A DNA stretch of 64,000 nucleotides from a virus. Its lineage: Duplodnaviria; Caudoviricetes. Shown piece by piece: positions 19,200 through 29,023 of this stretch (its first letter is position 1; each line of letters opens with the position of its first letter). The translations under genes were made by a program, and so were the position numbers. The notes under the pieces were generated by a model. It was not told the DNA's origin, did not search any database, and saw only the letters and a program-made list of their open reading frames with translations. Location: positions 1 to 64,000 of IMG/VR virus record IMGVR_UViG_2917802685_000001, one strand, 5' to 3'.

Positions 19200-20812
19200 T
19201 GGCGCGAGCACACGTGATGCGGCCGATCACCGGCGAGACAGGCGACCTGCTGTACGGCGCGCAGGTCACCGTGCGCGAGGCCGGGCAGTCGGTGAAGGTG
19301 GCCCAGCCGCTGTACGCGGGGCCCACCGGCAACGATCAGCTGACGAATCCGTTCGTCACCGCCAACGGCGTGATCGACTTCTGGATGGACGAGCCGCAGC
19401 GTGTGTCCGTCCTGGTCGAGAAGGACGGCTTCTCCGACATCCTGGTCTACCTCGACGGGCCGCCGCCGCCGGAGGAGACTGCTCGCACCGACAGCCCGCT
19501 GTTGATCGTCGGCAAGCAGGTGCCCGGCAACGTGCTGCTGGCCGGTGACACCCCGGGCCAGGCCGTATGGGGTCCGGTCCCGGCCAACTCCGGCGTCACG
19601 CCGAGGGTGACCGTCATCAACGAGGACTTCGACCTCGCCCGCGACCCGGCAGGATGGTCGTTCACTCAGGCCGCGACCAGCACCCGCGACTACCCGGCCG
19701 AGGCGCCCACCGACTGGGGCCTCACCCGGTCCCTGCACGCCAGGCACACGGGCAACGCAGCCGACCTCGTCGTCCTCACGCCGGGCTTCACCCTCGCCGA
19801 GGCAGGCTTCGTCTCGCTGTGGGTACGGCCGACCCTGGCCACCGGCGAGAGCGTCATCATCGCGGCCACCACGCAGGGCGGCACGAAGACCGTCCTGGAG
19901 ACGATCACCCAGACCCGGCCGTGGGGCTTCTACCGCTACCCGCTGGCCGCTGGCACCTACCAGTCCGTCTCCGTCGAGTTCAAGGGCGCGGCCACCTTCG
20001 TCGCGGGCACCGGCCACGAGGCATGGATGACCGGCCTGCAGGTCATGTACGGAGGCACGGTCCCCGCGCACACCCACGCCGGGTCCGGCACCGGGTCGGT
20101 AGCACTGGGCGCGAACTCGAACGCCTCAGGCCTGAACTCCATCGCCGTCGGCACCTGGGCACAGGCGTGGTACACCAACGCCACGGCCTTCGGTAACGGC
20201 TCGAACGCCACGGCCATAGACACCGTTGCTGTGGGCCCCAGCGCCAAGGCGGTCTCCCAGAATGCGGTCGCCGTGGGCGCGCGTGCCACCGGTTCGCTGG
20301 CCAGCACTGGCTGGACGGCCGTCGGCGCGGACGCTTACGTCGACTCCACCGACGGCACGGCGATCGGCCGCCAGGCCAAGGCGTACGGCTCCGCCGGTAC
20401 CGCCATCGGCACCACCGCCTACGTCGGCCCCGGCGCCACCAACGCCGTGGCGATCGGCAAGAACGCGCAGGCCCTGGCTCCCGCCGCGCTGGCCCTGGGC
20501 GCCAACACCGTCGTGGCCGCCACCCACAACGGCTCCTCGGCCATCGGCGACGCCTCCAAGACCAGCGCGGCCCAGCAGACCACGTTCGGTAACCCCGACT
20601 ACCCGTTCAACGCGGTCGTCGTGGTGAACAAGCTGTACGCCCTCACGACGGTCAACATCGGCACGGATGCCACCAGTCGACTGGGTTTCTTCGGCGCGGA
20701 GGGCACCGTCAAGCCGACCGTGACCGGCTCCGACGGCGGCAACCTCGCGCTGCGCAACCTGATCTCTGCGCTGGCCGGACTGGGCCTGCTGACCAACAAC
20801 ACCACGGCCTGA
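19199..20812 (+). CDS. Tail fibre with YadA-head-like repeats
   Basis: GTG at 19199 after GGAGG; N-terminus paralogous to 18321; many AxAxG repeats. Confidence 0.65.
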   Translation: MARAHVMRPITGETGDLLYGAQVTVREAGQSVKVAQPLYAGPTGNDQLTNPFVTANGVIDFWMDEPQRVSVLVEKDGFSDILVYLDGPPPPEETARTDSPLLIVGKQVPGNVLLAGDTPGQAVWGPVPANSGVTPRVTVINEDFDLARDPAGWSFTQAATSTRDYPAEAPTDWGLTRSLHARHTGNAADLVVLTPGFTLAEAGFVSLWVRPTLATGESVIIAATTQGGTKTVLETITQTRPWGFYRYPLAAGTYQSVSVEFKGAATFVAGTGHEAWMTGLQVMYGGTVPAHTHAGSGTGSVALGANSNASGLNSIAVGTWAQAWYTNATAFGNGSNATAIDTVAVGPSAKAVSQNAVAVGARATGSLASTGWTAVGADAYVDSTDGTAIGRQAKAYGSAGTAIGTTAYVGPGATNAVAIGKNAQALAPAALALGANTVVAATHNGSSAIGDASKTSAAQQTTFGNPDYPFNAVVVVNKLYALTTVNIGTDATSRLGFFGAEGTVKPTVTGSDGGNLALRNLISALAGLGLLTNNTTA

Positions 20813-20822
20813 GCAGGGAGAC

Positions 20823-22145
20823 ATGGCAGCCAACTCCGTAACCGGCCAGGTCGCCGCCGGAACCATCGACGGCTTCCTCCGCGACGACCAGGGCGACGGC
20901 ACCCTCGGTCTGCCGGACTACTCCCTCGTGCCCTACACGTACTCGCAGATGCTCGGCAACGAGACGGCCACTCCGCAGTGGTTCATCGACCAGTACCGCT
21001 TTGCTCGGTTCGCCGGGTTCAAGGGCAGCCCGGACGGCTACGGAGTCCTTCGGGACACCGGCGGCGTGCGGGGAGCGGCCAGCATCTCCGTCATCCCGCA
21101 GAGCACCGGCACCATCACGGCCAGCCCGGACGGCACCCGCGACCCCGACTACACCTGGGGGCCGCGCGACTTCGCCTTCTCGGTCCGCCACCCGGGCACC
21201 ATCTGGCAGAGCACCAGCGCCGCCCGTACGTACGTGGCGCTGACCCAGGGCAACAACACGATCGGCGTCCGCCAGACCATCCCGGGCGCAGGCAACGCGG
21301 TCGGTCCGTGGGACGCCGAGAAGGCCGACTCGGCCGCCATCACGCTGCCCACCGCGATCAAGCCGTGGGACGGCAACCCCCACTCGTACACGCTGTCCAC
21401 GTTCGGCCAGAACGTCTTCTGCCTGATCGACAACTGCATCGGCTTCCCGTTCCGCGCGCCGCGCGCCTACAAGCGCAACGCCAACGGCACCACCAACACC
21501 GCCGTGTTCTCCGACATGTCGGCCTCCGGCAGCTTCATGGGTGCCGACTACCGGGGTACTGACACCGCGCTGTACCAGTGGGACGCGCTGCAGGCCGCCA
21601 GCGGCGAGTTCTTCCTGTACGACATGGGCGCCACGGCCGTGCAGGCCGCTCCCGCCACCACGTACACGCCGACCACCACGCCGTCGGGTGAGACCTGGTC
21701 GCTGTCGGGCACCGTCACGGCCAGCAAGGACGGCATCCTGCTCGCCGCCAACGCGACGGCCTCGTTCAACGTGGACTGGCAGTACGGGGTGCTGACGACC
21801 CGCTGGGGCACCGCGACGGCCGAGGGCGGCCTGGTGTGGCGAAAGGTAGATGCAAACAACTACTACCAGATGACCTCGACCGGCCTGTACTCGTGCATCG
21901 GCGGCACCCTGACGAAGTTCTTCACCTTCACCACGCCGATCGCGGCCGGTGACCACGTCGCGGTGAGGAACTGGCCCGGCCAGATCCGGGTGTACGTCAA
22001 CGGTGTCTCTCAGACCTTCCTCCTGGTCACCACGCTGGCCAATGGCAAGGGCGTCGGCTTCCGCAGTCCGTCCACCGGCACCTCGCAGTGGCGCTACATC
22101 CACTTCCAGCCGCTGGTGTCCGACCCCACCATGCCCACCTCCTGA
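20823..22145 (+). CDS. Tail-associated protein (beta-rich, possible lectin fold)
   Basis: 440 aa, Thr/Gly/aromatic-rich, within the fibre cluster. Confidence 0.55.
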   Translation: MAANSVTGQVAAGTIDGFLRDDQGDGTLGLPDYSLVPYTYSQMLGNETATPQWFIDQYRFARFAGFKGSPDGYGVLRDTGGVRGAASISVIPQSTGTITASPDGTRDPDYTWGPRDFAFSVRHPGTIWQSTSAARTYVALTQGNNTIGVRQTIPGAGNAVGPWDAEKADSAAITLPTAIKPWDGNPHSYTLSTFGQNVFCLIDNCIGFPFRAPRAYKRNANGTTNTAVFSDMSASGSFMGADYRGTDTALYQWDALQAASGEFFLYDMGATAVQAAPATTYTPTTTPSGETWSLSGTVTASKDGILLAANATASFNVDWQYGVLTTRWGTATAEGGLVWRKVDANNYYQMTSTGLYSCIGGTLTKFFTFTTPIAAGDHVAVRNWPGQIRVYVNGVSQTFLLVTTLANGKGVGFRSPSTGTSQWRYIHFQPLVSDPTMPTS

Positions 22146-22154
22146 GGAGCCTTC

Positions 22155-23747
22155 GTGGACCGCTGCCACCTGTACATGCCGCTGGTCGACTCCTCCGGCA
22201 CGCCCTACCCGTACGCCGAGGTGACGCTGCTCGACCTGGACACCGGCAACCCGATCGACGAGCCGGTGTACCTGGACCCGTACGGCGGCGCGCCCCAGGA
22301 GTGGCCCATCCTGGTCGACTCGGCCGTCATCAACTTCTGGACGGACAACCCGCTGCGGGTGACCGTGCAGGCGCTGCTGCCCGGCGGCGCGACCTTCACC
22401 CGCTCCGGCGTCGACATCGTCCCGGCCCCGGCCGCCGCCGTCCGCAGCGATGAGCCGGTGCACATCGGCTCGGCCGACGGCCTGTCCAGCGAGGCCATGC
22501 TGGCCGTCTCCCCGGACGGCTCGGCCGTCTGGCAGGTGCTGGACGTCCTGCGCTTCCACGAGCACGAGGGCGACGCGCCCCATTCCACGGTGCTGGGCAG
22601 CCCCGACCTCACCGACATCTACCCGGGCCAGACCTGGTTCGGCCGGACCCCCACCGGCGCGCAGGGCGAGGACGCGGCGGTCCTCGGTGCTGATGCCCAC
22701 CCGGGCGGCGATGACGCAGTCATCCTCGGCCGGTCGACCGCCGGAGCCAACGCGGTCGCCGCCGGTGCCACGGCCAACGCCACCGGCTCCAGCGTCGCCC
22801 TCGGCGCCGCCACCAACACCGGCCAGCCGAACCAGGTGGTCCTCGGCCGGGCCGCCACGGCCGCCGCCGCACCTGACGGCGCCGTGGTGGTCGGCTCCAA
22901 CGTGACGGCCCCGGCCGCCAATACCGTCACCGTCGGCTCCAGCGCCCAGATCACCTCCGACGGCAAAGTCATCGTCGGCCAGGGCACGTTGCCTGACCTG
23001 AGCTGGCTGAACTGGAGCGTCGCCATCCTCGGCAACGCGGTGATGTCCCGGTTCTTCGCCGCCCGCAAGGACGCGGTCCTCGGCGGCACGGCCAGCCCTG
23101 TCGGCGTGTTCGGCGCGGCCGGAACCCCCCAGCCCCTGGCGAGCAGCAGCGGCGTCACCACCTCCACGCCCGGCCGGACTGCGCTGCTGTCGCTGCTGTC
23201 CGCACTCGACAAGCTCGGGCTCGTCTACCTCACCGACGGCGCGATCGACGACGAGCTGGCCGACTGGACGAAGTCGTACGCCCACGACCCCAACCTCGTC
23301 CTGGAGACCGGCGACGGCGACGGCTCGAAGGCGGGCGACCTCAACCGGGCCAAGCGGAACGCCGCAGGCACCGGGTGGGTCACCTACCTGATGGCCACCG
23401 GCATCCGGGACTTCCGCGCCCACGTCTTCTCCTGGCAGTCGAGCGGTCCGGACCCGGCCACCCTCGCCACCGAGGTCGTCGCCCAGGTCTCGCCGGACAA
23501 CGCGACCTGGACCAGCATCCCGCTGGCCTGGCAAACCATGACCGCGACCACGGCCTCCTGGTACCAGACCTGGCTGGCCAACGCCCGCCCGCTGCCGGGC
23601 GGGATGAAGTACCTGCGCCTGACCCTGCAGGTCAACTCGGCCATCTTCACGCCGCAGCTCGGACGAGTCCTCGTCCGCTCGCGGAACGATCCCCTGACCG
23701 GCTTCGGCAGCGGCGCCTACGGCTCAGGCAAGTTTGGAGGCCAGTAA
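22155..23747 (+). CDS. Tail fibre with YadA-head-like repeats and C-terminal beta-sandwich
   Basis: N-terminus paralogous to 18321 and 19199; AVVLG/SVALG repeats. Confidence 0.6.
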   Translation: MDRCHLYMPLVDSSGTPYPYAEVTLLDLDTGNPIDEPVYLDPYGGAPQEWPILVDSAVINFWTDNPLRVTVQALLPGGATFTRSGVDIVPAPAAAVRSDEPVHIGSADGLSSEAMLAVSPDGSAVWQVLDVLRFHEHEGDAPHSTVLGSPDLTDIYPGQTWFGRTPTGAQGEDAAVLGADAHPGGDDAVILGRSTAGANAVAAGATANATGSSVALGAATNTGQPNQVVLGRAATAAAAPDGAVVVGSNVTAPAANTVTVGSSAQITSDGKVIVGQGTLPDLSWLNWSVAILGNAVMSRFFAARKDAVLGGTASPVGVFGAAGTPQPLASSSGVTTSTPGRTALLSLLSALDKLGLVYLTDGAIDDELADWTKSYAHDPNLVLETGDGDGSKAGDLNRAKRNAAGTGWVTYLMATGIRDFRAHVFSWQSSGPDPATLATEVVAQVSPDNATWTSIPLAWQTMTATTASWYQTWLANARPLPGGMKYLRLTLQVNSAIFTPQLGRVLVRSRNDPLTGFGSGAYGSGKFGGQ

Positions 23748-24664
23748 TGGTTACCACCGTCCCCACAGGGACCCTCAACTGGGACGTGCCGCTCAACGCG
23801 GCCCTGACCGATCTGCAGGGCCAGATCACCAACAAGAGGCTGGACCAGCTGGTCGCCCCCACCGCTTCCGTCGGCGCGGGCGGCCAGAAGATCATCAACC
23901 TGGCCAACGGGGCTGCGGCGAACGATGCTGCCGCGTTCGGCCAGATACCTGTCGCCGGTACCGCCGCCGGTACCTATGCGGCGGGCAACGACTCCCGCAT
24001 CACGAACGCGCTGCCCTCAAACGGCGGCGCCATGTCCGGGACGTACTCAGGGAACCCGAACTTCTCCGGCGTGCCCTCCTTCGCCCAGTCCCTCCGTGTC
24101 GGCACCGCCTCGACGCTCGGGGACAACGGCGTCGGCGAGATCCAGCTGGCCGACGCCGCGACCGTCCCCACCACCAATCCCTCCGGCGGATCGGTGATCT
24201 ACAGCCAGTCGGCAGCGGGGGTTCCGCTCCGGATGCGGGACGTCTCCGGCAACGTGCGCGGCCTGGTGCCTGCGCGTGCCCTCTCTGCAGCAGCCGAGAC
24301 CAACAGCACCACGACGCAGCAGGCCTCGACCTCCCTGACGATCCCCGTGGAAGCCGGGGCCACGTACCAGATGTTCGCGTTCCTGGTCGTCCAGACTCCG
24401 TCCGGCGTGAGCTTCACCCACTCCTTCACCGGTCCGTCCGGAGCCACCATGGTCTGGGGCGACAACACGGCCACCTTCGTCGCCACCATCACCGGCGTGG
24501 ACACCTGGTCCGGCTCCGGCGCGAACAAGGCGGTCACCCTGCACGGGACGCTGATCACCGCTGCCACCGCCGGGAACCTCGTGGTCACCTTCGCCACCGC
24601 CACGGCCGGTCAGACCGCCACCCTCGGCGCGAGCAGCTGGATCCGCCTCGACCGAATCAAGTAA
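23747..24664 (+). CDS. Tail fibre / receptor-binding protein
   Basis: ATG overlaps the upstream TAA; NWDVPLNAAL, KIINLANG and AAGNDSRI fibre motifs. Confidence 0.65.
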   Translation: MVTTVPTGTLNWDVPLNAALTDLQGQITNKRLDQLVAPTASVGAGGQKIINLANGAAANDAAAFGQIPVAGTAAGTYAAGNDSRITNALPSNGGAMSGTYSGNPNFSGVPSFAQSLRVGTASTLGDNGVGEIQLADAATVPTTNPSGGSVIYSQSAAGVPLRMRDVSGNVRGLVPARALSAAAETNSTTTQQASTSLTIPVEAGATYQMFAFLVVQTPSGVSFTHSFTGPSGATMVWGDNTATFVATITGVDTWSGSGANKAVTLHGTLITAATAGNLVVTFATATAGQTATLGASSWIRLDRIK

Positions 24665-24667
24665 CAC

Positions 24668-24687
24668 TTCAACGGAAAAATGGATTT
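24668..24687. repeat. AT-rich 20-bp site, 19/20 inverted match to 55699-55718
   Basis: TTCAACGGAAAAATGGATTT versus AAATCCATTTTTCCATTGAA. Confidence 0.6.
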
Positions 24688-24765
24688 CTGTTTTTCTCGA
24701 TCCATCGGCAGATGGATAAATCTCTAAATTCACCTCCCGCCTCTCTCATACCTACGGTGACCTGC

Positions 24766-26319
24766 ATGGACGCCCCGCCCGTCTTCCACAGCCCGCACGG
24801 CCTGTTCCCGTGCCAGCAGGAGGGCACAGGGTTCGCCTACGCCCAGCGCTCCGGCCTGCTCGTGGCGGACACCGGCATCGGCAAGTCCGTCATCGCCATG
24901 GCGCTCGCCGCGCTGCTCGCCGAGGACGGCGCCGAGGACCTGGTCCTGCTCGTGTGCAAGCAGAACAAGCTCACCGAGTGGCACGAGGACTTCGGCGCCT
25001 TCACCACGCTCCCGGCCACCGTCCACCACGGCCCCAGCCGGATGAAGGCCCTGCGGCACGGCCTGCCCCGCGTCGTGATCAGCACGTACGAGACGCTCCG
25101 TGCCGACCTGGCGCGCTTCTCCATCCCCAAGGGCAAGCGGTCCCGGGTCCCCACCCCGGGGCCGGTCCTGGAGGCCCTGCTGGCCGCCCAGGCCGACGGC
25201 CGCCGCGTCCTCGTGGTCTACGACGAGATGTCCGACAAGCTGCGCAACCGCTCCAGCCAGTTGTACAAATCTCACGGCTACGCCCTCGCCCAGCTGCGCC
25301 GACACCAGAAGGACCTCCGCGTCATCGGCCTGACGGCCACACCGATCAGCCGCTCCTACGAAGACGGCTTCAACCTGCTGCGCCTGGCCGTCCCGGCCGC
25401 CATGCCGACGGTGAAGGTGTTCGAGGACGCGGTGATCAAGAGCCGGGACGACTACGGCCGCCCGCGCTACGCCGACGACGGAGTCGAGCAGTTCGTCGCC
25501 CTGGCCCGGCCGCACATCTGGCGCAAGCGCAAGACCGACCCCGACGTCCGCGACCTGTTCCCTCGCCGGATCGAGGAGTTCCGCACGCTGCAGATGGGCC
25601 GGGAGCAGGAGCGGTTCTACGACGAAGTGGCGTCCCTCCAGGGGGACTTCCAGGAGCCCGTTCCCGGCCTGCACGCGGCCCTGAGACAGATCGCCGCGCA
25701 CCCGATGGCCCTGGCCCACTCCGCGTCCGCCGGAACGTCTCAGCTGGCCATGGAGCTGGTCCGGGCATACGGGGTGGACCACCTGCAGTCGCTGCCGTCC
25801 AGGAAGACCGAGGAGCTTGTCGAGTACCTGTCATCCATCGTGCACGGGCAGGGCGACAAGGCCGTCGTGTTCTCCCAGTTCGGGCCGTCCGTCCTGCCGC
25901 TGCTGGAGGAGGCCCTGCGCAAGGAGGGCATCCGCAGCTACCTCTACACCGGCGCCCTGGACGGCCCCGAGCGCGAGCGCGCCCGCACCGGCTTTCGCGC
26001 CGACCCCGAGCCCTGTGTGTTCCTGACCAGCGACGCGGGCAAGGACGGCATCAACCTGCCCGAGGCCACCTACCTGGTCGAGTACGAGTCGGCGCTGACC
26101 TACGAGACCCGCACCCAGCGCCTAGGCCGGATCGACCGCATCACCTCGCAGGCCGCCTCGATCACCTGCACCACGTTCGTCCTGCAGGGCACCGTGGAGG
26201 AGGGGATCGTGGAGTCCATGCTGGCCCGCAACGAGATGGCCGACCGATTCCTGGGCGACACCGGCGCGGAGGGCCACGTGGGGGCCGTGCAGCGGCGCCG
26301 CAGCTACCTGGTGGCATAA
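24766..26319 (+). CDS. SNF2-family helicase
   Basis: ADTGIGKS, VVYDE, LTATP, VVFSQF, DAGKDGINL and QRLGRIDR motifs. Confidence 0.85.
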   Translation: MDAPPVFHSPHGLFPCQQEGTGFAYAQRSGLLVADTGIGKSVIAMALAALLAEDGAEDLVLLVCKQNKLTEWHEDFGAFTTLPATVHHGPSRMKALRHGLPRVVISTYETLRADLARFSIPKGKRSRVPTPGPVLEALLAAQADGRRVLVVYDEMSDKLRNRSSQLYKSHGYALAQLRRHQKDLRVIGLTATPISRSYEDGFNLLRLAVPAAMPTVKVFEDAVIKSRDDYGRPRYADDGVEQFVALARPHIWRKRKTDPDVRDLFPRRIEEFRTLQMGREQERFYDEVASLQGDFQEPVPGLHAALRQIAAHPMALAHSASAGTSQLAMELVRAYGVDHLQSLPSRKTEELVEYLSSIVHGQGDKAVVFSQFGPSVLPLLEEALRKEGIRSYLYTGALDGPERERARTGFRADPEPCVFLTSDAGKDGINLPEATYLVEYESALTYETRTQRLGRIDRITSQAASITCTTFVLQGTVEEGIVESMLARNEMADRFLGDTGAEGHVGAVQRRRSYLVA

Positions 26320-26411
26320 GGGGCCGGGAGCCCCGTGGATGACCTCCCTGGGGCTCCCGACGGCTGGACCTCCTGGGCTGGAGGAGGACCGCTCGGTGGG
26401 TCAGGTACCCA

Positions 26412-26485
26412 GTTTCTCAGCAACGACACAACCCCAGGGGGGCGCAGCCTGGGGGGTCATATCGAATGTGTCAAAGCTGAGAAAC
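26412..26485. repeat. 74-bp element with GTTTCTCAG...CTGAGAAAC ends; inverted copy inside rep (origin/iteron candidate)
   Basis: Its reverse complement aligns along the whole length with 27405-27479, with a few mismatches. Confidence 0.75.
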
Positions 26486-26735
26486 CCCAGGTCAGACTGC
26501 TCTTACTGGGCTTCTTGGAGGACCGCAGGAGAGCTGCGCTGGCCTTGGAGAGGTTCGCATCGGGCTGGAAGCCGACGTAGACGGCCCATCCGGCGCCGTA
26601 CCTGTCGATCTCGGCGCACATGTCGTAGGGCGCCCGGGTGAAGCCCTGGCTCTTGAGGTCATCACGGACGCGGCGGAGGGCTGCCTTGGCCTCATCGAAG
26701 GGCAGACTCCGAGTGGCGGGAATCGGTCGCTGCAT
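26457..26735 (-). CDS. Small hypothetical protein downstream of rep
   Basis: 92-aa ORF; first two thirds have coding-like GC3; 3' end overlaps the repeat element. Confidence 0.35.
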   Translation of the reverse strand: MQRPIPATRSLPFDEAKAALRRVRDDLKSQGFTRAPYDMCAEIDRYGAGWAVYVGFQPDANLSKASAALLRSSKKPSKSSLTWGFSALTHSI

Positions 26736-26816
26736 GGGGGCACGCTAAGCGACTCAGAAAAACCTGACAAGACCATGTACGGGGCCTGAGCAGGAAGAAC
26801 AGTCGTACTGGAAGGG

Positions 26817-28259
26817 TCAGGCGGCGCAGGCGAGGGCGTTGCGGCGGACCAGCTCGTCGTAGTCCAGGTCCTCAACGAGCATCAGGTACCGGCCATCTGA
26901 CGCGACGACGAAGTCCTCGACGATCTCGCCGGTCACCGGGTCGATGACCTCGCTGCCCCACCTGCAGCGCCGGTCGACCTCGTCCCCCCGAACGGGGACA
27001 ACGTCGGGCATCCGGCGCTCGCGCATGCGGGGGACGACCATGCCGTGCCAGACCGCACGCTGGTCCTTGTGGGCCTGCTGACGGCGCCAGGAGGTCCCGT
27101 ACGTGCCGATCTCGGCCGCCACGGTGTCCCAGCCCTCCCAGGCTCCTGCGAGGGCCTCAGCGGCCGTCTCAGTGAGTGCCCACAGGCTGTCCTCGCGGGT
27201 CACCAGGCCGTACTCGGCAAGGCGCTTGAGGTGTCGGTACGCGGTCGCCTGGCTGACCATGGCGGTCTGCTGCAGCTCGGCGACGGACTGGGGATCCCGC
27301 AGGTGGAGGGCGGCGAGCATCTTCAGGGAGGAGGCGCCAAGGCCCCGGTGGGCGAAGGCGTCCAGGCCCATCAGGCGCTCGATGACGGCGCCGTCCAGCT
27401 CACCGTTTCTCAGCTCTGACACATTCGACTGTGCCCCCCCAGGCTGCGCCCCCTTGGGGTTGTGTCGCTGGTGAGAACCGTCCTTCAGGTACCAGGTGGA
27501 TCCCTTGTCGGGAGTACCCACCTCGACCAGGTTCAGCCAGCCCCAGAAGACCAGGCGCTTCGAGGCCACGTACGCGGTGCGGGCGGTGCACCCGGCGATC
27601 TCTGCGGCCTCGCGGTGGGACAGGGTGTACATCCGGCCACCGGACTTCTTCGCGGTGTGCCAGTGGGCCATGAGGACCCGCAGAGCGGTCGAACCGGCCA
27701 TGCCGCGCCAGCAGTTGGCGGAGGCGATCGAGTCCCGCAGGGCCACCAGGTCGACCACGGAACCCTGACGGGAGTCGATGACCTGGGTGGTGCTGACGTG
27801 GTGCTGCGCGCGGGTCCAGATCTTGTCCAGGTAGCGCTCGGCGCCCGGCTGGCTCATCTCGCGGACGAACCCACCCGGCCGGGAGGGCCAGTCGATCATG
27901 GCCTCGGAGAACTGGTCCCGGGTCCAGCCGCTGCGGACGGCTCCTGCAGCTACAGCAGCCATGACGGCGTGCTGGTGCTGGGCCTTGATCCGGCTGCTGG
28001 ACGAGGAAGTGGAGGAGCCGTAGCGCTGGCCGGTGTCGCCGTCGACCATCAGCGTCGTCATGTTCGGCGACAGCTGCGGGAAGCGACGGATCCAGTGCTG
28101 CGGGTGAAGAAGGCGGGAAGACGCGCTCGCGGAAGCGGCGGTTCCCTGAATTTTGGCGAGTTTTTCGCCTTGGGTGGCGTGCGGCACGGGTGCGTGGCCC
28201 GTAAACTGGCGTGGCACGGCGGGAGGTGCCCTCTCTATTGGTAGTGGACAAGGGCCCAA
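26817..28259 (-). CDS. Putative plasmid replication initiator with two winged-HTH domains (start uncertain)
   Basis: wHTH-like LSHREAAEIAGCTARTAYVASKRL and SVAELQQTAMVSQATAYRHLKRL; internal copy of the 74-bp element; long non-coding leader. Confidence 0.55.
   Translation of the reverse strand: MGPCPLPIERAPPAVPRQFTGHAPVPHATQGEKLAKIQGTAASASASSRLLHPQHWIRRFPQLSPNMTTLMVDGDTGQRYGSSTSSSSSRIKAQHQHAVMAAVAAGAVRSGWTRDQFSEAMIDWPSRPGGFVREMSQPGAERYLDKIWTRAQHHVSTTQVIDSRQGSVVDLVALRDSIASANCWRGMAGSTALRVLMAHWHTAKKSGGRMYTLSHREAAEIAGCTARTAYVASKRLVFWGWLNLVEVGTPDKGSTWYLKDGSHQRHNPKGAQPGGAQSNVSELRNGELDGAVIERLMGLDAFAHRGLGASSLKMLAALHLRDPQSVAELQQTAMVSQATAYRHLKRLAEYGLVTREDSLWALTETAAEALAGAWEGWDTVAAEIGTYGTSWRRQQAHKDQRAVWHGMVVPRMRERRMPDVVPVRGDEVDRRCRWGSEVIDPVTGEIVEDFVVASDGRYLMLVEDLDYDELVRRNALACAA
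27405..27479. repeat. Second (inverted) copy of the 74-bp element, in the linker between the two HTH domains
   Basis: GTTTCTCAGCTCTGACACATTCGA...TTGTGTCGCTGGTGAGAAC. Confidence 0.75.
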
Positions 28260-29023
28260 CCACCGTGGAGGCGATGGTCAGACCGACTAGGTCGCGTCGT
28301 CTGAGGGACTGGTAATCCCTTGTGGGAAGTGCACTCTTGGCGGAGAGACTCCCACCGGCCCTACGGGCCGCTAAGCGAAGAGGGGCGTCACGGAGATGGA
28401 GGTCTCCGGGCGCCCCTCAAGCCGTTTCTGAGGAAGTCCGTGCATCGTCAGCCCCCTTGGCGGGTTCGGGCACGCCTGTGCCCGGGGGTGGTCTGTGGTG
28501 GTGGCTCCAGGCTGGCGGGCCCGGTACGGAAGACATTGAACATCATCGGGGGCAGAAATGGACAGCCGCCCTCCGAACGGATTGCAGGCGCTGCTCTGTG
28601 GCGGCGTGTCTGCACCTCGGGTCGTGTACACCGAGGGCAGTTTTTGGGTAGGCTGGCTCATGCCAGCGACCTCCTTGGACGTGGATCTTCAAGTGGGTAT
28701 GAGGTTGTTGGCCCCACCGACAGAAGATGACCGGCCAAGGTCTCTGTCGGACGGCCGCCGAGGGATGGGGATCCCGATGACGCGGCCGTTGGTGTTTCTG
28801 GAGCCAGGTGAAGCAGACACGACCCTCGGTGGGCGGAACCGACGATGGTCGCGTGGGTCACCCTAGTACCTCTGTGGTGCCAGATGCACGGACCCTGCGC
28901 ACGAAACCTACAGGCGCGCCCCGCTGACACCCCGTCGGGAAATCCGCCGGAGCAAAAACGCGACTTCGCCGCTGGCCGCTGTGTAGCGTCGCGCACGCCG
29001 CCAGACTTGCCCTGCTCACCGCC

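Noticed and set aside
1-24664. Extracellular contractile injection system or tailocin
   Set aside because: Linked terminase, tape-measure chaperone frameshift, replisome and Par/Rep indicate a DNA-packaging phage; no CIS AAA ATPase was recognised
23734-24765. Long N-terminal extensions in the ORF track (SNF2 from 23734, exonuclease from 32076, ParA from 10567 and others)
   Set aside because: They overlap genuine neighbouring genes in other frames; downstream starts with RBS or coupling fit better
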